A DNA stretch of 64,000 nt, from the NCBI GenBank assembly GCA_964632395.1, contig CAZWES010000004.1, forward strand, positions 120 to 64,119. The letters run 5' to 3'. The notes under the pieces were generated by a model. That model was not told the origin of the DNA. It was given only the letters and a program-made list of their open reading frames with translations, and made no database searches. Below, piece after piece: positions 1-8,649 of this stretch (its first letter is position 1; each line of letters opens with the position of its first letter). The stretch comes from an uncultured Candidatus Peribacteria bacterium. Lineage in GTDB: Bacteria; Patescibacteriota; Gracilibacteria; Peribacterales; Peribacteraceae. Made by a program: the position numbers and the translations under genes.

Positions 1-190
1 TTGGGATCATGCCCCTCCGTATTGGCTGGGAGAGTCGTATCGAAGTACTTTTCATGCAAAAAAAGTACTTCGATACGTCCATCACACAAAGGGTAAGGGG
101 GCATTGATCAAAGAAGAAAATTTTATGACAAATATCACGTATTATGCTGGTGTCCCCTTACCCTTTGTGTGAGTCCACTCAGTATGACGT
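1..190. repeat. Cargo-less nested inverted-repeat element, left end cut by the window edge; same layout as the GIY-YIG cassette at 19588-20167
   Basis: Inner IR GGAGAGTCGTATCGAAGTAC (29-48) / GTACTTCGATACGTCC (65-80) separated by 16 nt. Perfect 18-bp hairpin CACACAAAGGGTAAGGGG (83-100) / CCCCTTACCCTTTGTGTG (154-171). Outer terminus GAGTCCACTCAGTATGACGT (171-190) resembles GGATCCACTCAGCATGACGT at 20148-20167. Confidence 0.6.
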
Positions 191-192
191 AA

Positions 193-1068
193 CTATTCAC
201 CCCACCCCAACTTCCCCCGCAACGTCTCGTAAAAAGCATCCTCCTTACGCTTGAGGAATCTGATTTTTTCAGAATGTGGTCCGACAATCACTCGGTCATT
301 CTTTTCAAGTTCATAATGCGTTTGCCCATCCAGTGTGAGGCTAATCCTAACATCTTCCCGGGATGAGGGCTTGAGCTTTATCTCAACTTCTATTTCCGTA
401 TCTGAAGGAACAGCAAGCGGTTTTTTACTCAAAGTATGTGCGTTGATAGGTGTGATGATTGTGTCGCAGCAATGCGGATGGACAATTGGGCCACCTGCTG
501 CAAGGTTGTATGCCGTGGATCCGGTCGGAGTTGAAATTATGATGCCGTCTGCTCTGAATGTCGTGAGCAGCCCCCCATTTACTTTGGTTCTCAAATCAAA
601 AAGCCTTGCGATTGCGCCCTGGCTTATTACGACTTCGTTAAGTGAGTGGCCTTTGATGATCTCCTTCCCGTCACGCGAAACCGTGCATGCAAGCATGTCG
701 CGCTCTTCGAGCACCCCGCTGCCGGAAAGAAGTTCTGCGATAACTTTTTCACATTCATCAGTGTCACACTCTGTCAAAAAACCAAGTGTCCCACGATTCA
801 CGGTCAGCAGAGGCACGCTGAAGTCTTTCATTCTATTCACAGTCCTCAGGATCGTGCCATCTCCGCCGACGACGATGATGAGGTCAACATCCTTTGGGTC
901 TTTGAATTTTTTACATTTTTTAAGTGAAGGAAGATTACAACGCTCTTCATCCACACAAACCTCCGCACCTGTGTTTTTGATAAGGTCAACAATCCCTTTA
1001 AGTACCTGCTCTTTATTCTCAAAGTTTGAGCGTGAGGTGAGGGCGATGCGGGAGTAGGGAGTTGCCAT
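193..1068 (-). CDS. nadK: NAD(+) kinase
   Basis: 291 aa. GGDGT motif (IIVVGGDGTILRTV) and the C-terminal STPTGSTAYNLAAGGPIV motif typical of PpnK/NadK. Confidence 0.9.
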   Translation of the reverse strand: MATPYSRIALTSRSNFENKEQVLKGIVDLIKNTGAEVCVDEERCNLPSLKKCKKFKDPKDVDLIIVVGGDGTILRTVNRMKDFSVPLLTVNRGTLGFLTECDTDECEKVIAELLSGSGVLEERDMLACTVSRDGKEIIKGHSLNEVVISQGAIARLFDLRTKVNGGLLTTFRADGIIISTPTGSTAYNLAAGGPIVHPHCCDTIITPINAHTLSKKPLAVPSDTEIEVEIKLKPSSREDVRISLTLDGQTHYELEKNDRVIVGPHSEKIRFLKRKEDAFYETLRGKLGWGE

Positions 1069-1071
1069 GTG

Positions 1072-2442
1072 CTAATTCTCGAGGGATTTGAGCATTCTAT
1101 CAACTGTTTTTTGCCACGATAATGTGTGCGATCTCTCAATTCCTTTGTTTGAGAGTGATTGCCTAAGATCATCATTCGTCACCAAATCTTCAAGTCTTTC
1201 AGATATTTGGTCTATTGATTCCGGATCAACAAGTGCTGCTGCTCCATTCGCGATTTCCCTCGTCGAGCTTTTATCCGAAGTCAAAACAGGAACACCCAGA
1301 GCCATCGCATCAAGAACAGGGAATCCAAAGCCTTCTTTCAAAGACGGATATGCAAGCAGCTTTGCGTTTTTAAGAAGTTCCGTGAGCTCTTTATCCGAAA
1401 CATACCCAACCCACTCAACATTTTCCGATTCTTCCGCGAGCTTCACAATTTCCTCATCATCCCATCCGCGACCACCGGCGAGTATCAGCTTATGTGTTTT
1501 TCGTATCTCATCCGGCAATTTGTTGAAAGCCTGAATTAGGCGCAGTTGGTTTTTTCTTGGACACAGGGTGCCGATGGAGAGGATGTACGGGCCAGCTTTG
1601 GGTGTGATACAATTGCTTGCGATGAGGTTAAGATTTCCAGCGGCTCGTTTCCGGTTCACCAAGCCGAATCTTCGGGTGCTCTCTGCAATGTTTTGCAATG
1701 CTTCAATTGCCTTTTTTGCTTCTGCTGTTGCCAATGTATCACGTCCGCTGATATTGACTGAGGCACTTGTTCTTGGTATCTTGCTTGTGCTCCTTGCCTT
1801 TTGGACGGAAAACTTTCTCGAGGAATTATTATGAATCTCTCCGATATATTCAGTTTGGCCAACATTGCAGGTGCGCTCGTCGTGATTGCTACTCTGCTTG
1901 CATTCATTGTCCACTACCTCCGCAAGCGCGATATGAGGGAAAGTGGAGGATGTTGAAGGTGTAGATAGAGCTGGTCCTGCATGAACAACAGTCATTTTCT
2001 CTGGATCAGCCTTCGGAAATCTTCTCACCAGATCTTTTTTTGTGGCCTCACTTACAGTGAAGATCCATTTGGCAGTTTTCAAAACTCTTGGCAGAGTCAA
2101 TCGCTCGATCAACTGTGCTTTCCTATTATGCGGTTCGTGGTCAAAGGCGATTAGGTCATGAATGACTACGGCAGTCGGGACGGATTTCCCAAGGAGCCAG
2201 GGGACTATGTAACTTGTTGGACTCAAATATATGTCAGGTTTTAGTGAGCGGATTTTGAGGGAGGTTTTCCAATGCCAGACGAGGCTATTAGCCATTGGCT
2301 TTTGGCTATTAGCATCTGGCATTGGGAAGGGGGTAAGTTCTATGTCATGTTTTTTGAGTTCCTCCCACACCTTTTTGGTCCACATGCCTTTGCCTGTGGG
2401 GTTTTTTGCAAGGGCTTCCCGGCAATCAAAAGCTATCCGCAT
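1072..2442 (-). CDS. Glycosyltransferase family 1 (GT4-type) with a long internal insertion
   Basis: C-terminal GT1 motif EGFGFPVLDAMALGVPVLTS and PYILSIGTLCPRKN. The likely start is MRIAFDC at 2442; the ORF is open to 2475. About 110-130 extra residues separate the two Rossmann halves. Confidence 0.8.
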   Translation of the reverse strand: MRIAFDCREALAKNPTGKGMWTKKVWEELKKHDIELTPFPMPDANSQKPMANSLVWHWKTSLKIRSLKPDIYLSPTSYIVPWLLGKSVPTAVVIHDLIAFDHEPHNRKAQLIERLTLPRVLKTAKWIFTVSEATKKDLVRRFPKADPEKMTVVHAGPALSTPSTSSTFPHIALAEVVDNECKQSSNHDERTCNVGQTEYIGEIHNNSSRKFSVQKARSTSKIPRTSASVNISGRDTLATAEAKKAIEALQNIAESTRRFGLVNRKRAAGNLNLIASNCITPKAGPYILSIGTLCPRKNQLRLIQAFNKLPDEIRKTHKLILAGGRGWDDEEIVKLAEESENVEWVGYVSDKELTELLKNAKLLAYPSLKEGFGFPVLDAMALGVPVLTSDKSSTREIANGAAALVDPESIDQISERLEDLVTNDDLRQSLSNKGIERSHTLSWQKTVDRMLKSLEN

Positions 2443-2483
2443 GGGGTGTAGTATAGGGGAGGTTTGTGATAACATTTCGCGGT

Positions 2484-3071
2484 ATGGCCAGAACCTCTTT
2501 CCTTAAAGCCCTCAAATATCTGGAGATCGAGGAGAAAATCCTGAACATCGGGGCGCTTGCGGCTCTGCTTGGTGTGTTTGTGCCGTGGTTTGGCGGAGAG
2601 TGGTTTGGGGAGCCGGCAACGTGGACGGGGTTCCAGTTTTACACGTCGTTCATGGGTCTTTTGATATTCCTTGGGCTTGTGTTCATTCTTTCTTTGACGG
2701 TGCTGCCGCTTTTTGGATATCAGATTGTAAAACCGTCTCTTCGGGATTTGCTGCGCCTTATTATTTCACTCGAGTGTGTACTTTTGACCATTGCAGCGTG
2801 GTCGGTTCTCACAAACATCTCATTTGATCGCTCGCAGATGCAGATTAGGTTTGGAATATATGTCACACTCGTTGGTAGCATTATCGCTTCACTCTACGCG
2901 TTCCTCAGACTGCAACAAGAGAGAAAGCGAAGGGTGCAGGAATTATTCCATCATCCGGAAGATCAGGTGGCTCAGCGGGAAAAAACAATGATAAAACCGA
3001 AAGAAGAAACGCCTCCACCTCCTCCACCTCCACCCTCTCCCGATGAGCCTGAAGAGCCGAGGCTTTTGTAG
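2484..3071 (+). CDS. Membrane protein with proline-rich C-terminal tail
   Basis: ORF open from GTG 2466, first ATG at 2484. About four hydrophobic helices. The tail is KEETPPPPPPPPSPDEPEEPRLL. Confidence 0.55.
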   Translation: MARTSFLKALKYLEIEEKILNIGALAALLGVFVPWFGGEWFGEPATWTGFQFYTSFMGLLIFLGLVFILSLTVLPLFGYQIVKPSLRDLLRLIISLECVLLTIAAWSVLTNISFDRSQMQIRFGIYVTLVGSIIASLYAFLRLQQERKRRVQELFHHPEDQVAQREKTMIKPKEETPPPPPPPPSPDEPEEPRLL

Positions 3072-3075
3072 GGCT

Positions 3076-3110
3076 TAATCGAAGCGCGGGTTCGTTACCC
3101 GCGTTTCGAT
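3076..3110 (+). terminator. Stem-loop downstream of the 2484-3071 CDS
   Basis: AATCGAAGCGCGGGT tcgtt ACCCGCGTTTCGATT, a 15-bp stem with one G:T pair. No strong T-tract follows. Confidence 0.4.
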
Positions 3111-3124
3111 TCATTTCTATTCTT

Positions 3125-3397
3125 ATGAGTGATCAAACCTACAACGACGATGACCTTGTCTACGTTGATCCGGAGGCGAAGTCTGTAGTCGGCGAAGTTG
3201 AGTTGAATGACAACGGGAACCCCAAGTCTTTGCCATATCAGCAGAGCGCGGAGAAAAAATCATGGAGGAAGTTTTATCCACTTGGAACTTTCAGGAGCAT
3301 GAAGAAAGCGTTTCGTCTGGAAGGCAAAAAATCGGAGGAGGATGGAGATCTGACAATTGATGAGGCGCTGCCGCTTCTTTTAAATGATTCCCTTTGA
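3125..3397 (+). CDS. Hypothetical protein (90 aa)
   Basis: Intact ORF in an operon-like position, 3 nt before the next CDS. No recognisable motif. Confidence 0.4.
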   Translation: MSDQTYNDDDLVYVDPEAKSVVGEVELNDNGNPKSLPYQQSAEKKSWRKFYPLGTFRSMKKAFRLEGKKSEEDGDLTIDEALPLLLNDSL

Positions 3398-3400
3398 ATT

Positions 3401-4096
3401 ATGGTAAATCCACTTTCAATTTTCCGGCGTGATAAGGAACAGCTTACGGAAGCAAATAAAGAAGAAATTCATAATGCGATTCACAAATTGATAGCGCTGA
3501 GTACACACGATTACGGATATTATCTTTTTCTCGTTCTCTCGGTCCTTATCACAACAACTGGTCTTTTGCTGGGATCTGCACCGATTATCATTGGAGGAAT
3601 GATAATTGCACCGATTTTGATGCCGCTGCTCTCCTGCGGGCTTGCGTTGTTTTTGCTTGAGGGCAAGGGGATTGTGAGGTCAGTAACCATTATTATTTTA
3701 TCCGTTGTAATTGCGCTGATACTTTCCGCCTCTGTTACTCACATTGCGATTATTACGGATTCTGCACCTTCTTCCATTGATAGTGTTCCGGGAATTATTC
3801 ATCCGGCACTTTATCTGTTGGTTGCGTTTTGCTCGGGGATCGCCGGTACTTTTGCGTTTGTAAAAAAACATCTTTCCTCATCAATTCTTGGAGTGGCGGT
3901 GAGTGCATCACTCTTGCCTCCGCTTTGTGCAGTTGGAATCGGAATTGCGCTCCGCGACGTTTCACTTGTTGAGCGCTCGCAGTGGATATTTCTGATAAAC
4001 GTGGTTGGGATAATAATTGCTGCAAGTATTGTATTTTGGATTCTAGGGTTTCGAAAAGGACGGGAGCTTGAGGAGAAAGCGGTTGAGAACGTGTAA
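3401..4096 (+). CDS. DUF389 / TIGR00271-like hydrophobic-domain membrane protein
   Basis: IIGGMIIAPILMPLLSCGLALFLLEGKG resembles the GAMliaPLmgP core of DUF389. Multiple TM helices. Confidence 0.55.
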   Translation: MVNPLSIFRRDKEQLTEANKEEIHNAIHKLIALSTHDYGYYLFLVLSVLITTTGLLLGSAPIIIGGMIIAPILMPLLSCGLALFLLEGKGIVRSVTIIILSVVIALILSASVTHIAIITDSAPSSIDSVPGIIHPALYLLVAFCSGIAGTFAFVKKHLSSSILGVAVSASLLPPLCAVGIGIALRDVSLVERSQWIFLINVVGIIIAASIVFWILGFRKGRELEEKAVENV

Positions 4097-4105
4097 GATA
4101 CGCGT

Positions 4106-4711
4106 ATGAAAAAGTGCCTCCTTGCGACTTCTAATAAAGGCAAGATTATTGAAATAAGGGAATGCTTGAGCGATCTTCCCGTTGAGCTTTTATCACCTGA
4201 TGATTTGCCAGAAGTTCTTAGAAAACCGCACGAAACTGAGGATACTTTTGAGGGAAATGCCATGCAAAAGGCGCGTTATTATTTTGAAAAGACAGGCATC
4301 CCCTCAATTGCGGATGATTCGGGAATCATAGTTGAAGCATTGGTCAGTGAACTTGGCATACATACGCGTCGTTGGGGCGCGGGTCCGGAGGCTTCTGACG
4401 AGGAATGGATCAATCATTTTTTGGAGCGTATGAAAAAAGAAGAGAACAAACGCGCAAAGTTCACTTGTGTCATTGCATTGATTGAGGATGATGGATCACT
4501 TAAAACTTTTGAGGGGCATTGCGATGGAGTCATTACCGAGTTGTTGGAAGCAGATTATCTGCCCGGCCTTCCAATCTCCGCATGCTTTAGACCTGATGGT
4601 TGCGACAAAGTTTTTTCTGCACTCGGTGTTCAGGAAAAAAACAGAGTGAGCCATAGAGGGCAGGCTGTGTATAAGTTGAGGGAGTATCTGACGACTACAC
4701 AAACAACTTAA
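4106..4711 (+). CDS. rdgB: Non-canonical purine NTP pyrophosphatase (RdgB/HAM1 family)
   Basis: N-terminal ATSNKGKIIEI, plus FEGNAMQKA and ADDSGI motifs of the Ham1 family. Confidence 0.85.
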   Translation: MKKCLLATSNKGKIIEIRECLSDLPVELLSPDDLPEVLRKPHETEDTFEGNAMQKARYYFEKTGIPSIADDSGIIVEALVSELGIHTRRWGAGPEASDEEWINHFLERMKKEENKRAKFTCVIALIEDDGSLKTFEGHCDGVITELLEADYLPGLPISACFRPDGCDKVFSALGVQEKNRVSHRGQAVYKLREYLTTTQTT

Positions 4712-5438
4712 CCGCCGAAACCGAAGTCACCGCAATAAACAGCCACCTTATCCATTTTTCGCTGCTATTCAGCGCCCACCGCGAGCCAAAGAATGCACCG
4801 ACAGAATTTCCGATGAGTAATGCAATTGCGTACGGCCAAATTATCAATCCGTAAATTCCCATGATGGTTGCCACGGTCAAATGTTTTGCAAGGGCGATTG
4901 GCTTTCTTGTGCCTGCGCTCCCGATGTACGTTTCGCCAAAGCAAAGGATAAGGATGAATGTGGCGAGCGTCATTGCTCCTCCGCCAGTGAGTGCTGCAAT
5001 AATTCCAAGTGGTATGAACAGTAGGTATCCAATAATTTTCTTTTTCTTACTGGTTCTTTTTTCTGTGATTCCGATTTTTGGCTCAAGTAAGCTGAATATC
5101 AAAAGTGCTATAACAAAAAATCCAATCAGAATCTTAAGAATATCTGATGGCATGTTTATGCTCACTACTGATCCTACTGCTGCTCCAGCCATCATTATTG
5201 ATATGGCAGGAAGTGCGGTTTTGAAACGTACCCTGCGAGCTTTATAGAATTCAACGAGGCCTATCAATGTCAGTGAAATGTATCCTGTCGTCCCCGTTGC
5301 AATCGCTTCCTGCGGGCTGAGTCCCAAATGGATCAAAACCGGTATAACAAGGAGCCCAGCGCCGCCCACAATTGTGCTGTAGAAGGCGGTAAAGCAGCCG
5401 AGGAATGCGAGGAAAATTATTATGTAGGTCTCAGTCAT
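4695..5438 (-). CDS. TauE/SafE (DUF81) family anion exporter-like membrane protein
   Basis: 247 aa, about 7-8 TM helices, glycine-rich helices (GGAGLLVIPVL, GGGAMTLATF) typical of TauE. Confidence 0.6.
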   Translation of the reverse strand: MTETYIIIFLAFLGCFTAFYSTIVGGAGLLVIPVLIHLGLSPQEAIATGTTGYISLTLIGLVEFYKARRVRFKTALPAISIMMAGAAVGSVVSINMPSDILKILIGFFVIALLIFSLLEPKIGITEKRTSKKKKIIGYLLFIPLGIIAALTGGGAMTLATFILILCFGETYIGSAGTRKPIALAKHLTVATIMGIYGLIIWPYAIALLIGNSVGAFFGSRWALNSSEKWIRWLFIAVTSVSAVKLFV

Positions 5439-8400
5439 GCAATTGGTGAAAAGTCCATTGCAGTGATTTTAGTCCAAATTGCTTTAATAATCTCCTTCAA
5501 TTCTTTCACTTCCTCTTCTTTTATTTCCATATCAATCACCCTCCGTCCCTCTTTTTGAGTTCCAACAAAATCGAGTGTGAACTTTGTCGCAGTATGTGTG
5601 AAACTTGGCGAAAGATCGCAAAGCAGTTTGTAGAAGACGAGTTGGCGGAAGAGATCCTCCGATTTTCTGACAGCATTTTCTGTTTTCTTTGGCATTCCGG
5701 TTTTGTAGTCAATAACTCTGCAGTTTTGGCCTTCCGGTGAAAATAGGTCGATGCGGTCAACTTTTCCGTAAAGCGGGATATCATCTAATCTTGCAGTTAT
5801 TGAGCGTTCCGCGGAGAGGATTATCGGGTGTTCATCTGAGGTTTCCGAGGCATAGCGCATTAGGACTTCTTTTCCTGCATGAAGGTAATGCTCGCGTTCT
5901 TTTTCTGTGAAGACTTCCCGCTCGGTCATCGTCTTCTCAAATGTGTTGATGAGTTCGTCCACTTCAAATTCTTCACCAGCCTGCCATGCGAGATTTCGTT
6001 TCTCGAGCGCTGCATGCACCACAGTTCCGTAAGAAAGATGTGCGGCTTTGGCTTGTGGTTGCGAAAGGAGGTGAAGCCACAGAAATTCCTGCGGATCGCG
6101 AAGATATGCATTTAGAGCCGTCACAGACATGCGGAACTCCTCCAGTCGTTCTTTGAGGAATGCGCGGAATGCTTCATCAATTTCTATTCCTGGCATGTGT
6201 AATGTCTCAACCGGTGCGGGCACATCACTTGCAGGGATTTTTTGTTCGCTGAGTTTATCACCGGCTTCTGCGATGAAACTTGAAGGTTGTGCGTCCTGCA
6301 ACTTTTCCCCGGATCTGTATGTTTCCGGGAATGTGAGTATCAAGTGGCGTTTTGCGCGGGTCATTGCCACGTACATCAACCTCCTTTCATCTTCCTGCTT
6401 TGCACGCTTCTCAACTTTTTTATCAATTCCAAAAATCAAATGATCCGGGAGCGACATCATCTTCCCGCGCATCCTGTTACCCCAGTTCTTGTGTCTTGTG
6501 TGTGCAATTATCACGAGTTCAAATTCCAATCCTTTAGCTCCGTGAGCGGTCATCAGCTGAACTCCGTCCGTCACAATGTGCGGGACGGCATACTCAAGCT
6601 TCAAATGTTTTTCTGTCAAATACTGATCAAGGTCAGATAAAAGTTCCGGGAGTTTGAGTGCTTTGTTCTCATAAACTCTGTCTTTCACATAATCATAAAA
6701 TGCATGCAGTCCCGCGATGACACGTGGGTCAGCTTCCGTATCATCTTTTGCTGGTAAAAGTTTTGAGTCTTTGAGTAAAGTCTCCATGAGTTCCGGGAGA
6801 GTCACGGAATCCTTTTTTGCATGGAGCGCCTCGATCAAGTCGTATGCATTTTTTATAGAGGAGGGGAGTTCTTCGTGATTTGCCAATAGATACTCGCGGA
6901 GCGAGAGGCGCTCTTCCCGTCTTACTCTCCTGAATGCGCACCACAGCCTTCCAAGTTCTGCTGGATGGCATCCAAGTGTTGTGCAGCTGAGTGCAGCACT
7001 CAGAGCAGCATTATCGTTGATGTGTTCGATTGATTTTAAAATAATGATTGCCTGACGAACTTCGCGGTGCATCATCAAATTTTGTTTTGCTGCAAGTACT
7101 ACGGGGATGCCGGCTGCATGGAGTGCATCATGCATTTCCGCGAGCTCCTCATTCCTTCTGCAAAGCACTGCCATCTCGTTCCATTCGGTTCCATTTTCAT
7201 TTGCATCCTTCAAAATCTGTGCGATGCCTGCACGCTCGTTTTCGATTGCGGGGAATCTCAGGAAGATCGGAATTCGGAATCCGGATTCCGAATTCCGAAA
7301 ACTTTTTTGATCAATATTCGATTCCAGTCGCTTGTTTACACTATCTAACCTCTCCTCATTATTTTCTATGACATCCGCCGCGGCATCCAGAATCTCCTGA
7401 GTTGAGCGATAGTTCGCAGTCAATGTGATGATCTCCAGTTCCGGAAAGCGCTTGAGGAAGCGCATCATATTTTGTGGAGAAGCACCCTGGAAGCGGTAGA
7501 TCGCCTGATCGTCGTCACCGACTACAAAGATGTTTGGGTCTTCATCTTCAATCGGATTTTTTGTGAGCGTATCAATCACATCGTACTGCGAGCCGTTTAA
7601 ATCCTGGAATTCATCCACAAGAACGTATTGGTATTTTTCCTGAAGTGAAGCAAGTAACCAGTCATGTTTCACCAAAGCTTTGTGGCAAACAAGAACCATA
7701 TCTTCATAGTCATAACGGTGGCTCTCCTTCAAAGCTTCCTCATATCCACGGTAAAGTGTGATGAATTCTTCAAGCTGTTTAACGAGTCTCAAGTCATCCT
7801 TATACGCCTGAGTTTCTTTGTTTCTTGCTTTTCCGGCTTCCGTCAATTCTATCTCCGCTTTGAATTCTGGAATGATCTTTTCAAGATCTTCAGTTGAAAT
7901 ACCTTCTCGTTTCATCTCACTGATGCGGTTCAAAATTGCAGAGGCGCGATCGTTTTCAAGTGAAGGTCTTCCGAGGATTGATCCGGGCTTGAGCTCTGAC
8001 ATTCCTTTCCTCACGATGCGAAGTCTCTCAATCTCACTAACCTGCTCAAGTGCACGGAAATCCTCAAAAAGATGTGGGTGCTCCAGAATTATCTGGTTGC
8101 AAAAGCTGTGGACGGTTTCAATTGTGATGCCGTACGCATCAGGTCCAATAATCTCACGCAACCTCTCACGCATTGCTTTTGCTCCGCTCGTGGAAAAGGT
8201 CAAACACAAGATGTTGTATGGGCGCATCTGGGTCCTTGCCAAAATGTTTGCAGCCCGCATTGCGAGGGTCTGTGTTTTCCCCGTTCCTGGTCCTGCAACC
8301 ACCATCACCGGCCCCTCGATTGAGTCGACTGCTTTCTTTTGATTGGGGTTAAGTCTTGCATATTCTTTTAGGAACTCGGGCGTCATTTTTGGCTTCAATT

Positions 8401-8443
8401 GCGGCTTTTTATGCTCTGTGATGGGTTCGGTGGTTTGGGGCAT
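5435..8443 (-). CDS. UvrD/PcrA-family ATP-dependent DNA helicase with C-terminal PD-(D/E)xK (RecB/AddB-like) nuclease domain
   Basis: LNPNQKKAV, Walker A AGPGTGKT, DEFQDLN and VGDDDQAIYRFQGA motifs. C-terminal VDRIDL...VIDYKTG nuclease motif. The ORF is open to 8557, but its first 38 codons run antisense through a tRNA-like sequence, so the start is placed at Met 8443 (alternative 8386). Confidence 0.85.
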   Translation of the reverse strand: MPQTTEPITEHKKPQLKPKMTPEFLKEYARLNPNQKKAVDSIEGPVMVVAGPGTGKTQTLAMRAANILARTQMRPYNILCLTFSTSGAKAMRERLREIIGPDAYGITIETVHSFCNQIILEHPHLFEDFRALEQVSEIERLRIVRKGMSELKPGSILGRPSLENDRASAILNRISEMKREGISTEDLEKIIPEFKAEIELTEAGKARNKETQAYKDDLRLVKQLEEFITLYRGYEEALKESHRYDYEDMVLVCHKALVKHDWLLASLQEKYQYVLVDEFQDLNGSQYDVIDTLTKNPIEDEDPNIFVVGDDDQAIYRFQGASPQNMMRFLKRFPELEIITLTANYRSTQEILDAAADVIENNEERLDSVNKRLESNIDQKSFRNSESGFRIPIFLRFPAIENERAGIAQILKDANENGTEWNEMAVLCRRNEELAEMHDALHAAGIPVVLAAKQNLMMHREVRQAIIILKSIEHINDNAALSAALSCTTLGCHPAELGRLWCAFRRVRREERLSLREYLLANHEELPSSIKNAYDLIEALHAKKDSVTLPELMETLLKDSKLLPAKDDTEADPRVIAGLHAFYDYVKDRVYENKALKLPELLSDLDQYLTEKHLKLEYAVPHIVTDGVQLMTAHGAKGLEFELVIIAHTRHKNWGNRMRGKMMSLPDHLIFGIDKKVEKRAKQEDERRLMYVAMTRAKRHLILTFPETYRSGEKLQDAQPSSFIAEAGDKLSEQKIPASDVPAPVETLHMPGIEIDEAFRAFLKERLEEFRMSVTALNAYLRDPQEFLWLHLLSQPQAKAAHLSYGTVVHAALEKRNLAWQAGEEFEVDELINTFEKTMTEREVFTEKEREHYLHAGKEVLMRYASETSDEHPIILSAERSITARLDDIPLYGKVDRIDLFSPEGQNCRVIDYKTGMPKKTENAVRKSEDLFRQLVFYKLLCDLSPSFTHTATKFTLDFVGTQKEGRRVIDMEIKEEEVKELKEIIKAIWTKITAMDFSPIA

Positions 8444-8543
8444 TGGTGGGGGTAGTGTAGCGCATGGTGGCGCGAGCGGTCTCTCACGAGCCTCCATCCT
8501 GGTTACGGTTACGCGCGGTTCGAATCCCGTCGGCGCCATTTTC

Positions 8544-8615
8544 TCCCCGTAGCTCAATTGGTAGAGCGCCGATCTCCAAGTCGGTGGTTGTCGGTTCGAG
8601 ACCGGCCGGGGAGCT
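8544..8615 (+). tRNA. trnW: tRNA-Trp (anticodon CCA) with an anticodon arm one nucleotide short
   Basis: Acceptor CTCCCCG/CGGGGAG. D arm GCTC-AATTGGTA-GAGC. T arm GTCGG-TTCGAGA-CCGGC. Anticodon region CCGAT-CTCCAA-GTCGG. Close to E. coli tRNA-Trp in layout. No encoded CCA. Confidence 0.75.
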
Positions 8616-8649
8616 TTAGGGCCTCAAGTTAATTCTTGAGGCTCTTTCT

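Noticed and set aside
335-1057. Long antisense ORFs in the track opposite well-supported genes (e.g. 335-1057, 1088-1534, 7818-8342, 13268-13840, 27707-28243, 30817-31377, 40410-40910, 50298-50819, 54427-54963).
   Set aside because: Each lies entirely within a gene that has strong family motifs on the other strand. Their translations are low-complexity with no recognisable motifs, so they are typical shadow ORFs.
8469-8539. tRNA-like sequence ending GGTTCGAATCCCGTCGGCGCCA just upstream of tRNA-Trp. The helicase ORF in the track runs antisense through it, giving APTGFEPRV.
   Set aside because: I could not fold a cloverleaf. The T stem pairs at only 2 of 5 positions, the acceptor needs a bulge (GGCGCGA versus TCGGCGCC), and no anticodon arm is evident. 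It is best regarded as a degenerate tRNA fragment or remnant until a tRNA finder says otherwise. I used it only to trim the helicase start to 8443.
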